The notes beneath the pieces are model-generated. The model had not been told where the DNA came from and made no database searches. It saw only the letters and a list, made by a program, of their open reading frames with translations. A stretch of 63,958 nt of DNA, counting the filler, from Kipferlia bialata (Eukaryota), in the NCBI GenBank assembly GCA_003568945.1. It is 5 parts of 5 records of this genome, joined end to end, with 100 filler letters (N's around TTAATTAATTAA, not from the genome) between each part and the next. Parts side by side here need not be neighbours in the genome. Positions count along the whole stretch, not along the records: positions 1 to 13,729 come from BDIP01000909.1; positions 13,830 to 27,546 come from BDIP01000910.1; 3 more parts are not named here. One strand, 5' to 3'. The position numbers and the translations under genes were made by a program. Position 1 is the stretch's first letter. Each line of letters opens with the position of its first letter. Positions 1 to 14,901 of this stretch are shown here, piece by piece.

Positions 1-35
1 TGTATATATGTAAAGAGAGTGAGAGAGAGACCTCT

Positions 36-1846
36 TCCAGGCCAACAAGGCAGGGATGACAAGATGTGGAAGCTAGGTACAATACATGGAATATATGTAT
101 ATACATGTATACATAGAGAGAGAGAGAGAGAGAGTAGACATCTTCCAACAAGGCAGGGATGACAGGATGTGGAAGCTAGGTTTACTCATGTAATATATAT
201 ATATATGTGTGTATGTATATATGTAGAGAAAGAGATAGAGAGAGAGAGAGAGATTGTGCATTCCAGGCCAACAAGGCAGGGGTGGATGACAGGATGTGGA
301 AGCTAGGTACTTTCCTTATTGGAGCATGTGATATGTTATGCCAATTACTATGTCTATCACGTATTATTCACCCCAGCGCTTCTCGAGGTGCATGACCCTA
401 TGGATTTGTTAATATATTAGTACGATATATATATGCATATGAATTGAGATATACCCTAACAACAGTTCTCCTCGAGGTCCATGACCCTGAGCGTTGTGCC
501 AGGGAGTGTCTCAAGCTGGCCACAGAGCGCTATAGATACAGCAGGTATATGGAGTTGCAATACTAATATATTGTGCATAGTACATGTACATATACTCTAC
601 TAATAGACTGTATAGTATATGTCTAACCCATAGGATGTTCAAGTGGATGGCAGAGCACATGGAGTCATGTATATATCTAGTAATAGTATTCATATATACG
701 TCAAATAATATGTGTATATTTCACATTATATCTAATCGTAGGATGTTCATGTGGATGGCAGAGCACAGGTTCAATGTACAATATAGATTCTATATGTACT
801 CTTTGTATGTATCTTAGATATATACGGTATATAGACCTAACCCCCAGGATGTTCATGTGGATGGCAGAGCACATGGTGGCTCTCTATGGACACTGTGCCT
901 CAGACAAGGTATCACCTCAATATGAGGACATGGATTACTCATTTCAATATTACTACCAAAGATAACTTGCTATCTTCCTGATACAGAAACATGATAAACA
1001 ATGGACTTCCCCACTGCCATCCGTGCTACATATCGTTGATTGTATTCATACCCTAATCTCTCACACTCACTCTCAGTACCCCCCTGCCCTTGCCAAGTCA
1101 CTCCTGGACGGATCGGTGTCGCAGGTATATATTGTATGTATTCAGTATATGTGTCTATATTTCGACCACTGTTAACCCTAGGCCCTGCACGCACTGCCCA
1201 CCCCCTCATTCACACATTGATTATTTACTATTGTTCAAATATATAGTATTAATACATATATGAATATGGTTATTTATACAAGATTAACCCTAGGCCCTGG
1301 ACGCACTGCCCACCCCCTCTGAGAAGGAGAGAGAGGCAGAGGCAGAGGCAGAGGGAGATGGAGAGGGAGATGAGAGAGAGGACTCAGTATCCTCCCTGCC
1401 CGATGCACTTCCAATGTCATCGGCCACCCCTCCCTCCCTCTCCCTCTCTGATGCACCTCTGTATGAGAGGACAATACTCTTGATGCAGGTAGATATATAG
1501 TTTAGTATATATATATATGTTTAATTATAAGTATATATCTCCCTCCCTCTCTGATGCACCTCTGTATGAGAGAACCATACTGCTGATGCAGGTAGGTGTA
1601 GTATGTATATTAATGCAATACGATACTGAATGAATACCCATAGTCGTCTGTATATGTATATTAATAGTATATAGTGTGCTTATAAACTATATATATATAT
1701 ATATGTGTGTGTGTACTTATATTCTAATAGTCAGGGCCACTTTGTGCGTGTGTCTGGCTTCCGTGCATGGTGTGAGAGGAGGCTGTGTCTGTTCCTGGCC
1801 AGGAGGGCAGACCTGCCCATACCCATGCTGATAGGTACGTATGTAT

Positions 1847-1880
<34 letters not shown>

Positions 1881-3396
1881 ATTAATGTATCACTCTGTCT
1901 ATTGATGTGTCTGTTCCTGGCCAGGAGGGCAGGCCTACCCATACCCATGTTCATAGGTATGTATGTATATATATATGTGTGTGTATGTGTGTGTATGTAT
2001 GTATGTATGTATATTCATGTATCACTCTGTATATTGATGTGCCTGTTCCTAGCCAGGAGGGCAGGCCTACCTATTCCTATGCTCATAGGTACAACATCTC
2101 ACTCTCTCTCTACCTCCCCTCTCTTACACTCACTCTCTCTTTCTCTGTCTGTCTCTCTGTGTCTTTTCATGTGCTTTAAATAGTCTGCAAGTATATATAT
2201 ATGAATATACATACACTCTCACCCTCAGCGTGTGTCCTACCTCTTGCCATCCCCACATGGTACGGCCTGATATCAGAGGTGAGACATTGCGTATATGGAG
2301 TATTCTGTGTTGTATACTTATATAGAATATGTGTGTGTGTGTGTATCGCAGAAGTGAGACCCGTGTCTGCACTATTCTTTCTCTTTCTCTATAACTATAT
2401 TGCAAGAGTACAATTGTATACTCAATCTAATTCCAGGGTGAATCAGGATCAGTCCGGTCCCGTGCTGACTTCTGCTTCCTCTATCTGTTTGGGATGTACA
2501 GCAAGAACACTGCGTTTGCACCAGTCTTTGTGGCAGGTAGAGTCTCTCTCTCTGTTTCTCTCTCTCTCTCTCTCTCTGTCTTACTTCTCACCCCAGGTGT
2601 GCTTGTGGCCATATACTATGCCGCAGTGGTGGTCCCAGCACACAACATACTCCTGAGCACAGCAAGGTACATATATATGTATACTATACACACATATATA
2701 TTATATCAATATATTATATTATGCATGTATATATATATATGTATATGTATCATCAGCACACAACATACTCCTCAGTACAGCAAGGTACATATAGATATAC
2801 TATACACACACACACACATATATATATATATATCATCAGCACACAACATACTCCTCAGTACAGCAAGGTACATATAGATATACATATACACACATATATA
2901 TATACATATATATTATACACACAATATATATATATAATAATATATAATATACTCCTCAGTACAGCAAGGTATGGAGCGCAAAGCTGAAACATATCATACA
3001 GTTGTGTACAATACATATTACATATTGTTCACCCCAGGTGGAACCTCTCTGCCCCCCCATCCATCTGGCTCAGACCACCCACGGAGCAGTGCCAGGTATA
3101 TACACCCATACATAGTATAATGTATAGTATACATATAGTACATATGTACTAGTGTATATTCATGTACAAAGTGTATATTCATGTATATATAGATTCCATT
3201 TAGACATAGAGTGAGACCACCCACGGAGCAGTGCCAGGTATATACACCCATATATATTAGTATGAGTAATAATAGTATATTGATCTATATGATAGTACTA
3301 TTATTATTATATATTAATAGTACTGTCCATTTGGCTCAGACCACCCATGGAGCAGTGCCAGGTACTCTATAATGATACATGATATATGATATAGTA

Positions 3397-3432
<36 letters not shown>

Positions 3433-5332
3433 ATGTATAGTGTATACCACCCACGGAGCAGTGCCAGGTATATAGTGAATATATTTAGATATATATTTAT
3501 ATATTCCTCATTTTCCATATTATACATATGTATAGTATAGACCACCTACGCAGCAGTGCAAGGTACACATAGACGTGGAGTGCAGTTAGTACCATATAGA
3601 TATATATACAGGGTATCAGTATTATAGTGTTTGTAGTCTAGTGCTACTCAGACCGAGTGTGAGGTGCACTATGCATGTCTCACTCCCAGGTGTACCCCTC
3701 TCTGTTGATGTGATTAGTACATATATATTTCGTACACATATACTCACATATCTCTAACTCCCAGGTGTACCGCTCCCTTGTGCAGTGCATGACACCTGGG
3801 GCAGTCAGGATGCAGAGGTATATATATATATACAATAATATGCTATATATATACTACAATATATTGCATACTGTACTTGCTACTAATGAGTATATATATA
3901 TAATATACATGTGTGCAGTGCATGACACCCGGGGCAGTCAGGATGCAGAGGTATGCATAACTCATATAAACACACACATATATATGTATACACTATATAT
4001 AGTGCAGATATTGTGTATAGTATATTAGTATATTAGTATATATGTATATATATATATACAGGAACATGACACCCGGGGCAGTCAGGATATGCATATATTG
4101 TATATAGTGTATTAGTGTATTAGTATATATGTATATATATATATATATATATACAGGTACAGGACACCCGGGGCAGTCAGGATGCAGAGACATATAGAAG
4201 TATATACATATATATATGTATAGTGCATATATTGTATATAGTAAATTAGTATATATATATATACAGGTGCATGACACCCGGGGCAGTCAGTATATAGTAC
4301 ATATATAGTGCATATATGGTATGTTAGTATATTAGTATATATATGTATATAGATACATGACACCCGGGGCAGTCAGGATGCAGAGGTATATATATATGTA
4401 TACATATATATATACTGTATCTATAGTATATATATAGTACATATATAGTGCATATATTGTATGTTAGTATATTAGTATATTAGTATATATAGGTACATGA
4501 CACCCGGGGCAGTGAGGATGCAGAGGTATGGACAGTAGTAGTATGTGTATGTATATGTCAATATAGTGTCGGATAGGATAGGTATTTAGGTACTTGTCTC
4601 AATGTCAATTTCTACTCTTCAGGTATTCATTCTCTCTCTCACACTCAGTATATTAATATATGTATCTAACCCTCTCTCTCTCAGGGTATATATATGTATC
4701 TAACCCTCCAGGGCTGCTGAGAAGGGTGCTCTATCGATGCTCAAGCAGCAGAGACGGAGGGAGAGGAGAAGGTATATTGTATACTATAATTATGCTACTC
4801 AATTTCTATTATATCGATGTATCATGGACATGATACTCATGGTATTTACACAATGCCACAATATCATCATTGGTATTGTGCTCATCTGACCTCTAGGCGC
4901 AGGAGAGAGAGACGGAGAGCCAGAGAGAGTGAGATGTCTCCATATGTACCCTTTAACGGAGACGATGATATGGATGGACAGGGAGAGAGAGACGCCGTTG
5001 AGCGTGTCATTGTGGACCAAGTAGAGGGTGATATTGAGGGTGTAGTGCCTGAGGTGCCTATTAAGGGTGCAGAGGGAGAGAGAGAGAGCGAGGATGAGCT
5101 ACTGGAGCCAGTCTCCACTGGAGGGCCCACTGCCACAGCAACACACTCAGAGTTCGTATTATTTGTTATTATACTCTCAGTACAATTTTCACCACACGCT
5201 ATTCTTCTCATATTATCCATATGTTACGGTTAATGTGTGATCTCTTACCCCCAGGTCCGTGTCCCCAGAGACCAGCTGTGACAACAAGCAGCCATTCCTC
5301 ATGAGGTACTATTCTCTCTCTCTCTCTCGCTC

Positions 5333-5368
<36 letters not shown>

Positions 5369-6510
5369 CTATATCTATACATGTCTCTATATCTAAGTAT
5401 ATAGTATATATGTACATGTCTCTATATCTAAGCATATAGTATATATATTTATGTATATATATGCCGTTGATTGTGACAACAAGCAGCCATTCCTCATGAG
5501 GTATGGCGTTCTATTATACACATATATAGATATAATAACTATTTTCATATAAGTATATATAGTTATATATATAGTTGCTTTCAGTTACTATCCCTCATTC
5601 CAGGCAACGTGACGTCCTCCTGGGTGATGACGATGACACAGTCCTGCAGGATAGCGTGAGGTACATATATATATGTATATTATAAGTTATAATATATATG
5701 TGTGTGCGTATGTATTAAAAGTAAAATACCTACAGGATATATATGTATTCATATATGTGTATATATATGAGGTACTACTATTGGAGCTGTCTACAATGAC
5801 ACGCTCATGTCTCTTTATCCATCTTTACTCACACATAATATCTCCCTCTCTTATCCCAGCAAGCATGTATTTTGGTACTCAAACCCCCCCCCCCCCCTCA
5901 CCCTATTAAGCGTGCCAGTACTCACACATACTATTGCACATCCCTTTATATACTATATGTCCCTGTCTTACCCTAGCAAGCGTGCCAGGGCTGCCGCTGC
6001 CAAGATGGCCAAGTACCACCCAGGACAGAGTGCAGCCAGCAGGTATGTATATGTATGGAGTGTATATATATACCATATATATATAGATTCCAAGATGGCC
6101 AAGTACCACCCGGGGCAGAGTGCAGCCAGCAGGTATAGATATGTATATATTGAATATAGTATACCATGTATTTTCATACATGTCACCATTTCTGTATTTG
6201 TCATGTATCATATATGTATCATTAATACACTCTATATCATGAATATTAGTGTAACTATTTCTGTGTCTTTCATATGTCATAGTCTTACTCCCAGGATCTT
6301 CGACCTCACAATATTCATCCATTCATCATTCAATGTATCTATATGTATACCTCCCTCTCAATGTGGTTTGTTCTCGTGTTCTAACGCTTAGGATCTTCGA
6401 CCTGACCAAGCCCAACCCTGAGCTGTGGGGACTCAAGCCAATGCTGCTGAGTAAGGTATACCTTACACGTATATATATATATGGATATTGAGACACAGTG
6501 TGAATACTAT

Positions 6511-6546
<36 letters not shown>

Positions 6547-8203
6547 GGACTCAAGTCAATGCTGCTGAGCAGCATTACACATACATATATATATAATGTA
6601 CATGTACTCTTCATACATAGAACAATCAAACTTCAATGTGGCTCCTCTCCCCGCTGATGGCATTCTCATACATCGTGTGTTCTCTGTATAGTACAGTCTT
6701 ACTGAATGTCAATTGAATGTTCCCTCTGTCACATAGCTCCCTTCTCCCCACCCCAGGCCTCTGATGGCATTATCATACATCCATCAGACGCATATCTCGT
6801 GTTCTATCTATAGTACAGTCTTAGTGTCAATTGAGTGTTCCCTCTGTCACATAGCTATCTCCCCACCCCAGGCCTCTGACGGCATTGTGCCCCGGTCATG
6901 CTCTCTGTTCTTCTGGATCGCATTCTTCTGTGTAGGTATGGGATTATTGTATATAGAAGTATTCTATACAATCGATGTATTCGATAATCTAGACGGCATT
7001 GTTCAGTACAGGTATCAGCATTATGGTGTCATTGTATAATTTTATACTATTCTCTATACAAATGGTAATATACGATTTTTCCTACTCTATTGGTACACAC
7101 ATACTAGGAAACTGTGTGTCTACTGCAGCATGGCCCAACTGGTCATACCCACACTGTTTCTATCAATGTATCAATGTATCTAATATGTTATGTATATGTT
7201 ACATGTATTCTCCTGTATACTTTACTGATGTGCCAGGTGTCTACTGCAGCATGGCCCACATGGCCATACCCCTCAGCACCAAGTATGCAGTGCTTAGCCC
7301 ACTAGGTATATACAAGTGTATACTTATATCACTACTATCCATACAGATGCCATATATTGCTATCTCCCTCACATAGATATTGTTGTTCAATTATGTGACT
7401 ACTCATCTGTATCTACTATATATCCTTATCCCAGGTCTCCCCATGGGCGTATACATCACCTGTGTCCTTCTAGTGAATTTGGGACCCTCAGTGTGGCAGG
7501 TATACATACTGGTACTGGTCATTTCATATCCCTTGTATCCCATATAATACTTCTCTTATACTATTACTGATACTGTCACTGATATGGGACCCTCTGTGTG
7601 GCAGGTATAGACACCCGCCGTTATTGATACTGATACTACTACTGAAACTATTATGATCCTGACACTAGTATATTTTTGGCAGGGCATGCTCGAGATGTCC
7701 CTTATACTATTTCAGTCACTGATGTAGTTACTGATACTCATACTATCACATATACTGTCACTGTTACTGACACTGATACTTGCAAGGCATGCTCTCGAGA
7801 TGCCCTTCATACTCTACTATATATACTCGTATTATTACACATACCATATTCTATTGCATACACTATTATTGATTACTGATACCAGGGCATGCTCGAGATG
7901 CCCCCTTACACTGGTACTATTACTCACTGATACTGTTACTGATACATATATATATATACTATTATTGTTTGGTTACCTCTTACTCTCACTGATTCCAGGG
8001 CATGCTGGAGATGCCCCACATACTATTTCAGTCACTGATATAGTCACTGTTACTAATACATTCTATTATATATATATATATATATACATATAGTGTTCTA
8101 TCGCATATACTGTCACTGACGCCAGGGCATGCTCGAGATGCCCCTTGTATTCCCTAGGGTGGGCAGGCGCCACAGGCGTAGGATGCGGCTAACCCCTTCC
8201 TAA
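36..8203 (+). CDS. Multi-exon hypothetical membrane protein, 5'-truncated (about 20 exons)
   Basis: GT-AG exons join largely in frame: VLLEVHDPERCARECLKLATERYRY, MFMWMAEHMVALYGHCASDK, GHFVRVSGFRAWCERRLCLFLARR, GVLVAIYYAAVVVPAHNILLSTAR, an acidic linker (4897-5151), SLFFWIAFFCV, GLPMGVYITCVLLVNLGPSVWQ, last exon GMLEMPL...LTPS with TAA at 8201-8203. No family recognised; the junction near 980-1075 is unresolved. Confidence 0.7.
3781..4528 (+). repeat. Exon-end echo array CATGACACC(T/C)GGGGCAGTCAGGATGCAGAG|GTA (exon plus 6 echoes)
   Basis: Copies near 3788, 3921, 4065, 4163, 4270, 4356 and 4496 in a TA-rich intron; some are truncated. Confidence 0.9.
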
Positions 8204-8206
8204 GAG

Positions 8207-8244
<38 letters not shown>

Positions 8245-11200
8245 CTTCTCTCACGAGGGGTTTGCTATGTTTGCCATTCCCCTGAATCACCGTTATTTCC
8301 TTTGCTGTCGGCCAAGATGTAGCCGACGTTTCCTATTTGTATCCTGCCAACTATATTGGTGGTGCCATATACCCCTAAGTAGCGACTGGCGCAGGTCTAG
8401 AATATATGTTAAATGTATAAGTTTGGAGACGTATCAACGAAGTTAGATATCTATGCGCTCCATTTCTTTGTTTGAAACTAACAGTTTCAAAACTCTATAG
8501 TGGTCTTAGACATTCAAGGCAAGCAGAGGCATCTCGGGGAGGGCTCTACGGCTTCTACCCTCCTGCCTGGAAGGGACGGGGAGAGGAAGAGTGAAGACTT
8601 CACTGTGAGGTAAGCTAATACAGAATCTCTCGATAACTGAAATCAATTTACTGTGGCGTTGTTCCCATGGTGAATCACAACCACTGACCAGGTGGCTGAG
8701 GCTCAGCCACTGAGCCAAGAGTAGACTATAGTAGGCTAGCATAGACTATGTTCATTAAGAATATATAGCACAAACTATAGGCCCGTTTGCAGTGTCACTG
8801 CCTACCTCTGGGTCTATCTACAGCCAAGGCCCGTGACGGTCTTTAACAAAGACTCTTTATACCGCAGTGCTATGGCAGACCTCATCTCTATGAGATTCTC
8901 ATTCCTAGTATGACAAGCGAGATAGAAAAGACCCGCCACTCTTGGGGAGGCACTTAGTAATGTCGCTGTTCTGGTGCGTCGCCTTCTACTTAAGAGTAAT
9001 GTTGACAGGAGACACAGTGAGAGACAGGCTAATTAGTCTCAGTGGGGTGACAGTTCTTCAGGGATGTATGTGATCCGCACACCCATGGTGTATGATGTAT
9101 GGTGTAAAAGCAAGGAGAGTGGTTGTATGCTGACTCTTCTCTATATGAGGCCAAGAACAGCCGTTGGAGATTCACATGGCGAATGCCAGCGATTGAGGTT
9201 CTGGACACTGTTACGTCCATGGGACGTCGTCCGAGTTCGTCTACGAGGGCAGCACCGGTGTATCAGTGGGCCGCCGTATACCACTACTCGAGGCCAAGAA
9301 GGTGAAGGCGGAGTACCCACTAATGGTGGGCCACCATCCACGGTTATCATCCCGGAGGGAGAGAGGTTGCTATAACTGGACACCGCATCAGCGTGACGCT
9401 GACAGCATCAGAGGCCTGTAATTACAACAAACAGGTTCAGTCTGGTTTGCTTGTGGATCCTGGCCACATGATAGCTCATGTCCCGACTTTGGAGAGAGAA
9501 CATGGTATACATATTCGCTTTAGGGGTCACCATGAGGTGCTGGTAGAGCTTGGTGAACAGGTGGGAGGGCACCCACAGGGGACTGAGAGGCTGCGTGGAA
9601 ATAGCTGATGTGGAAGGCCTCCAAGCGAGATGTTTTGCTCACAGGTTGCCATCACCGGAGACCAAAGGGACGTAGCTTACGTTTGGGGAAGCAGCGACTT
9701 CAAAAGGACTCTGCTCTGACTCTGCTACCACACACTGCTTGTAGGAGGCAGTAACAGTACTCTTCTCTCTATTATGTTATGTATGTCTCTGTATGGAATA
9801 TAGATGACGTATTTTGCCTAGGCCTTATAATATGACTCTGAGTCAGAGTCTGACCTTAATGGTGAAAGGATACATACATAGTATTCAGCCATCAATCAGA
9901 AGAGAGCAGACTCTGGTCCAGGCATGGTAAAACCAGGAAACTTTCCTGTGTTTCCTAAATTAGGCTAATTTAGTAATATTGCCTATTTGGGAAGCAAACT
10001 GACGGCGTTTTACGTTGCAACTCCGCAGGAATTAGGGGCCTGACAACACATATGAGAGGCTCCTTTAATTGCTATAGCCGTACATGGCACAACAGTGCGG
10101 ATAGCACAATGGCTACAAGGCTCTACGCAGTGATGAGGAAGCAACCGAGCTTCACTATGCATATGTGGTGGAATTATCGTGTATATGGGAATACCATTGG
10201 ATAATTAGGTGACGATACGGGCGTTACTCGTCCTCTTGACTGTTTTTCAATAATATACTATACTATAATCAATCAATGTGGATGGGATAACTCTAGGTCA
10301 GTATGTCTCACTATGTATTGGAGATGACGCTCTCCCCTCCTTCTCCCCGACCCTTTGTCTCTCCCTTACCTTACAGATACTGACTTCTGGTGCTTCTCTT
10401 CTTTCTGGTAGTGGGCACTGGGTTGTACTCCCTACAAACTGAGGGGGGAGAGAGAGAGAGTGAGGGGGGGAAGGAGGTCGGGAGAGTGTGTGATGAGGAA
10501 TATGATTGAGACAGTATTGTCCAATCACTTCATAGTCCAGGGTGTGGGTTATCAGGCACTATTCCCCATCACAGCACCACACAGATTGCACGACAGGTAT
10601 CCGGCACTGCCAGGCTGGCAAAGTACTACCCCCAAAAGGAGCACAACGAGGCACTTTGCATCTCTGGATAGTCTCAGAGGTCTCTAGTTTTGAGACAGAT
10701 CCACACCAAATACACTCGAGAGTAAGCGTGTAACCAGCCTACGTAGGATTCCTCTGATCCAACCCAGTGTTTCGAATTCAAATTTCTATTCCACTATGAC
10801 TAATACCGAAACCGGAGAAGGTTCCAACGCAAGGGAGTCCATCACAGTACACCACGCCCAGGCGTCTATTCAGACGGATATATCCAAAACAGCCACCTCT
10901 CCCTCTCCCTCTCCCTCTCCCTCTCTCTCTAGTCCCTTCAGAGGGGATGCCCAGGGCGCGCCAGACATGCACACACAGCCGTCTGAGTTGCACTCTATCG
11001 CTACACTGGTCCCTAGGGCGCCAGAATCGCTACCGAGAGACGCGTATCCTACCTACGTATCAGATGGTTGAGAGGTCTTCTCAAGAAGTGTGAACGTGGT
11101 CGGGTATCTCCCGGTTGGGTATCTACCTGTACACACTGAGCCCATATACTACCTAGAACGATGACACGCTCTCTACTAGTATATCATAGAGGGTATAGAG

Positions 11201-11899
11201 TCTATACCTGATCGGGTATCTGCTGGTTGGGTATGTGTCTGTACACAGTGACTGACCCACGGTACCCGTCCTGAAGTGGGGACCCAACGGCAAGCACGTT
11301 CTGATGTCAGTAGCCTGCTAATACACCGTTGAGAGAGAGAGAGAGTGTGTGTGACACACTGTGTGTGTGTGTGACCTTACTGCTAGGACGTCCTTGTGTC
11401 AGTAGTCTACGCCATATATCCATATATACATGTATATATACATATATATATACATATATATGTACAAACGTGCCAGTGTTCTGTCATAAGCTATATCCCA
11501 GCCGAAGTAGCAGTCATCGTCTGGACCGATAAGGGTCCATTCGCTCAGGTAGGTGTCACTGGGGTTAGGATGATCAATGATCAGCACTGTAGTCTTGAGT
11601 ACTCATGAATACTCTGTGTACAATACAGTAACCAACCAGGGTCCACTTGCTCAGGTAGGCAGAGGTAAGGGTCAACTAAAGAGATACTGAAGTGATATGT
11701 ACCTCTACAGGAGCAGTATTGACTAAATGTATATGCAAACCCGTGGATACATAGTATATCTACACTCCTTGGTGTTCTATGTGAGAATCATAACACTAGG
11801 CCGAATAGCAATCACTATCAAATGACCATTGTCAAAACACATACACTAGTATATATACTCACACACACACACACACTCTCTCTCTCTCGGAGTAGACTC

Positions 11900-13449
11900 A
11901 CTCTTGTTTGTTCCAGGCATACAGCTCGACAGACCCAACGTTGAGCTGTGTGTAGCCTGGAGTTCAGCAACTTCTGGAGCATGCTTGAGTACAGTATAGC
12001 GGAGCACGCGCAACAGTATAGTGATAGTGGGGTGTATTGTAGAGACCTGGGGGTTAGTAAATCATTAGATGCAGAGGAAATGGTATGTTCATATCCTTCA
12101 AATTAGGCCTAACAATCTCACCTTCCATCTTACTATGGGCACCCCGGGCGAGGCACAGAAGTATATACAGTATAGTATATATGAAGTATAGTACACAGTA
12201 CATTGTACATAGTACACTATTGGGGATTGGCAGTATTACCTTCCCACTGTATCGAATAGGTTGGGTTGCCAAGTGCAAGCCTAGACCCATCAGAAGACAG
12301 GGCGCATACGCAGGTGGAGGCATCCTTGGGGAAACTGTCGACTGTGTTAGAAGAATTAGAAGAATACGTCTCGGAGTGAGAAAGAGCGAGAGGGTATTGA
12401 GCGGTTAGCAAGTTGGTGTCTCCGCAGCTCTGGGTAACAATTAAATATGTTACAATATCGTGAGACAGCGAGCGGGAGAAGGTGACAAATACTAGTAGAC
12501 GGTACCTCCCGCCAGGAATATCTTCTTCCACTCAGTGTCACTCTCGTGCTCAAAGGCAAGGAGACCACTGGAAGTGTGAGAGGGTAGGGATAGAGAGTGG
12601 AAATGTGAAAGGGAGAGGGGTAAGACAAACACATTGAGGTCGTACCTGTACTGTGGGTAATACAAAGCAGTAGAGAGAGATAATGAGATAGTGAGAGAGA
12701 GTACCTGATCTGTGGGTAATAGAAGCCCGCTGTTGAAAATGTACCCGTGACCGCTATACGCGCTCCATCTCCAGACAGAGACACTGAGGGTAAGAGAGAG
12801 AGAGAGGCTGAGGGTCAGTGCAATTATGCTCGTTGAGAGTACCTGAGTGCCCCAGGCATATGGCCTTCCTCCCTGCATGGTGGGTGTCTGAGAGGAAGGT
12901 CTCGTACCGGTAAAGACCATCCGTGAACCTGGTGGTTTAGTATATGGTATACTATGAGTGAAGAGAGGGAGAGGGTGGGTAATGGGTGTCTGAGAGGAAT
13001 GTCTCTAACAGATAGACACCCTCATGGAAAGATAACTGGTGCACATAAAACTAGGACAGAGAGAGTGGTACTTCACAACCGTCGGTATCAGTATCAGTAT
13101 TATAATAGTATATAGTACTATTCCAATGGTGTTACTAGATGACTAGTGTATGTATACCTGTACATGGAGACTCCGCAGAAATAGAATGGATTCTGATATT
13201 ATTACATTCTTTCGATTTCCATTATAATTAAAGGGGATCCTCTAAGATATACCTGTACATGGATACTCCGCAGTCAGTATCAGTATCAGTATTTGTATAC
13301 ATACTATGTATACCTGTACATGGATACTCCACAGTCAGTATCAGTATCAGTATTTGTATACATACTATGTATACATATTATACATACTATGTATACCTGT
13401 ACATGGATACTCCACAGTCATCGGTGGAGCCAACAGCCAGGACACCGCC
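11900..13449 (-). CDS. FG-GAP-like / beta-propeller repeat protein (partial; boundaries approximate)
   Basis: Spliced exons give GGVLAVGSTDDCGVSMYR-FTDG...CLGHS-VSLSGDGARIAVTG and CALSSDGSRLALGNPTY. These resemble the G-x-SVSLSxDG-x-x-LAVG repeat of FG-GAP/integrin-alpha-type propellers. It may extend further toward ~10.4 kb. Confidence 0.5.
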
Positions 13450-13729
13450 TGGGAGTGAGTAACAGCACATGATATGATGAAGAGTACTTATCTAATGATA
13501 AGAAGAGAGTCTAGGCCTGTTAGACACAAACACACAATGAGCAAATGGCCAGTGCACCACATGAAGGGTGATACTAACACAATGACAAATATCTATCACG
13601 ATAATGAAAGTATTGACACCAAGAACTACCCTTGCCTCTCAACATGTGCACCCACCCACCTGCCATGGCCAGAGAGAGAGAGAGAGAGAGTGAGGGGGAG
13701 AGAGAGAGAGCCACCACCTGCCATGGCCA

Positions 13730-13829
13730 NNNNNNNNNNNNNNNNNNNNNNNNNNNNNNNNNNNNNNNNNNNNTTAATTAATTAANNNNNNNNNNNNNNN
13801 NNNNNNNNNNNNNNNNNNNNNNNNNNNNN
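13730..13829. other. Artificial contig linker (N44-TTAATTAATTAA-N44)
   Basis: Identical 100-bp spacer with stop codons in all frames, seen four times in the window. Confidence 0.98.
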
Positions 13830-13845
13830 GTGGGGGGGTGGGGGT

Positions 13846-13877
<32 letters not shown>

Positions 13878-13954
13878 GAGAGTGACCCATGCATGCATAT
13901 ATATATATATATGTGTGTACCTCTATACATATATATACATATACATACACATAC

Positions 13955-14313
13955 CTTCTGTTCATGATGACTGTGAAGATGGCATGGCTTCGGGATGACT
14001 CCTTGTTGAGTAGGGTAGATGCGGTGGCCCTCATGGTGCCTGGGGGTGAGGTATAGACACCAAGACACAGTATGTATACTATCATATTAAGGAATACATA
14101 GAGGCAGTGGCCCTCATCGTGCCTGGGGGTGAGGTATATATATGGTATGTATATTGTAGATATCAATACATATGTATATGGACAGGGTGATATTGTAGAA
14201 TTCTTATTGATAGAGAGACAGACAGACCTACCTCCATTCAGGAACAGGTTCGATGCCTCTGCTGCATTGGTCACAGTGTGGGAGGAGGCACCAGCCACAA
14301 AGATATGCCTGGC

Positions 14314-14344
<31 letters not shown>

Positions 14345-14867
14345 TCCATACATCTCAATGATACCCCGAGGGGTTACAAGCATACCATCACTGACATACT
14401 TTACAATACACTCCAGCACTACTACTAATACCCCGCCCCCTCCTACCTGCCCTGTAGCGTCTTTACTACTATACCATCACTGTTATATTCAACTATACAC
14501 AACCAATAGCAATACCCCTCCCACCTGCCCTGTGGGGTTGACTTCTCTCTGATGCACAGACCGTCCTTCCCATCCTTGTCAGACCGGGTGGTCTGGTAGT
14601 CTGGGGGTGAGGGGTGGAGACATGATGGATACACCGATAGATGGAAGTATGTATCAAATGAACCAGTGTCCAGTGTCTACCTAGCAGGTCGTGCAGGTCC
14701 TCGTTGTATATCTCCAGGTACTGGATGGTGACATGACTGTCGCTGGTGCCTATTGGTCAGAGGGTATGGGTGGCAATGAAAAATTCAATGCACTTTATAT
14801 TTTGTAAAGTGAGACTCACGTTCAATCTGTGGCATAAAGATACGGCATGAGATATACAATACATATC

Positions 14868-14901
<34 letters not shown>

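Noticed and set aside
8300..10300. Possible gene or mobile-element remnant in higher-complexity sequence
   Set aside because: I could not establish a consistent spliced frame, protein motif, terminal repeats or target-site duplication.
13774..13785. TTAATTAATTAA as a piggyBac target site or regulatory motif
   Set aside because: It is flanked by fixed N44 runs at all four occurrences, so it is a synthetic spacer.
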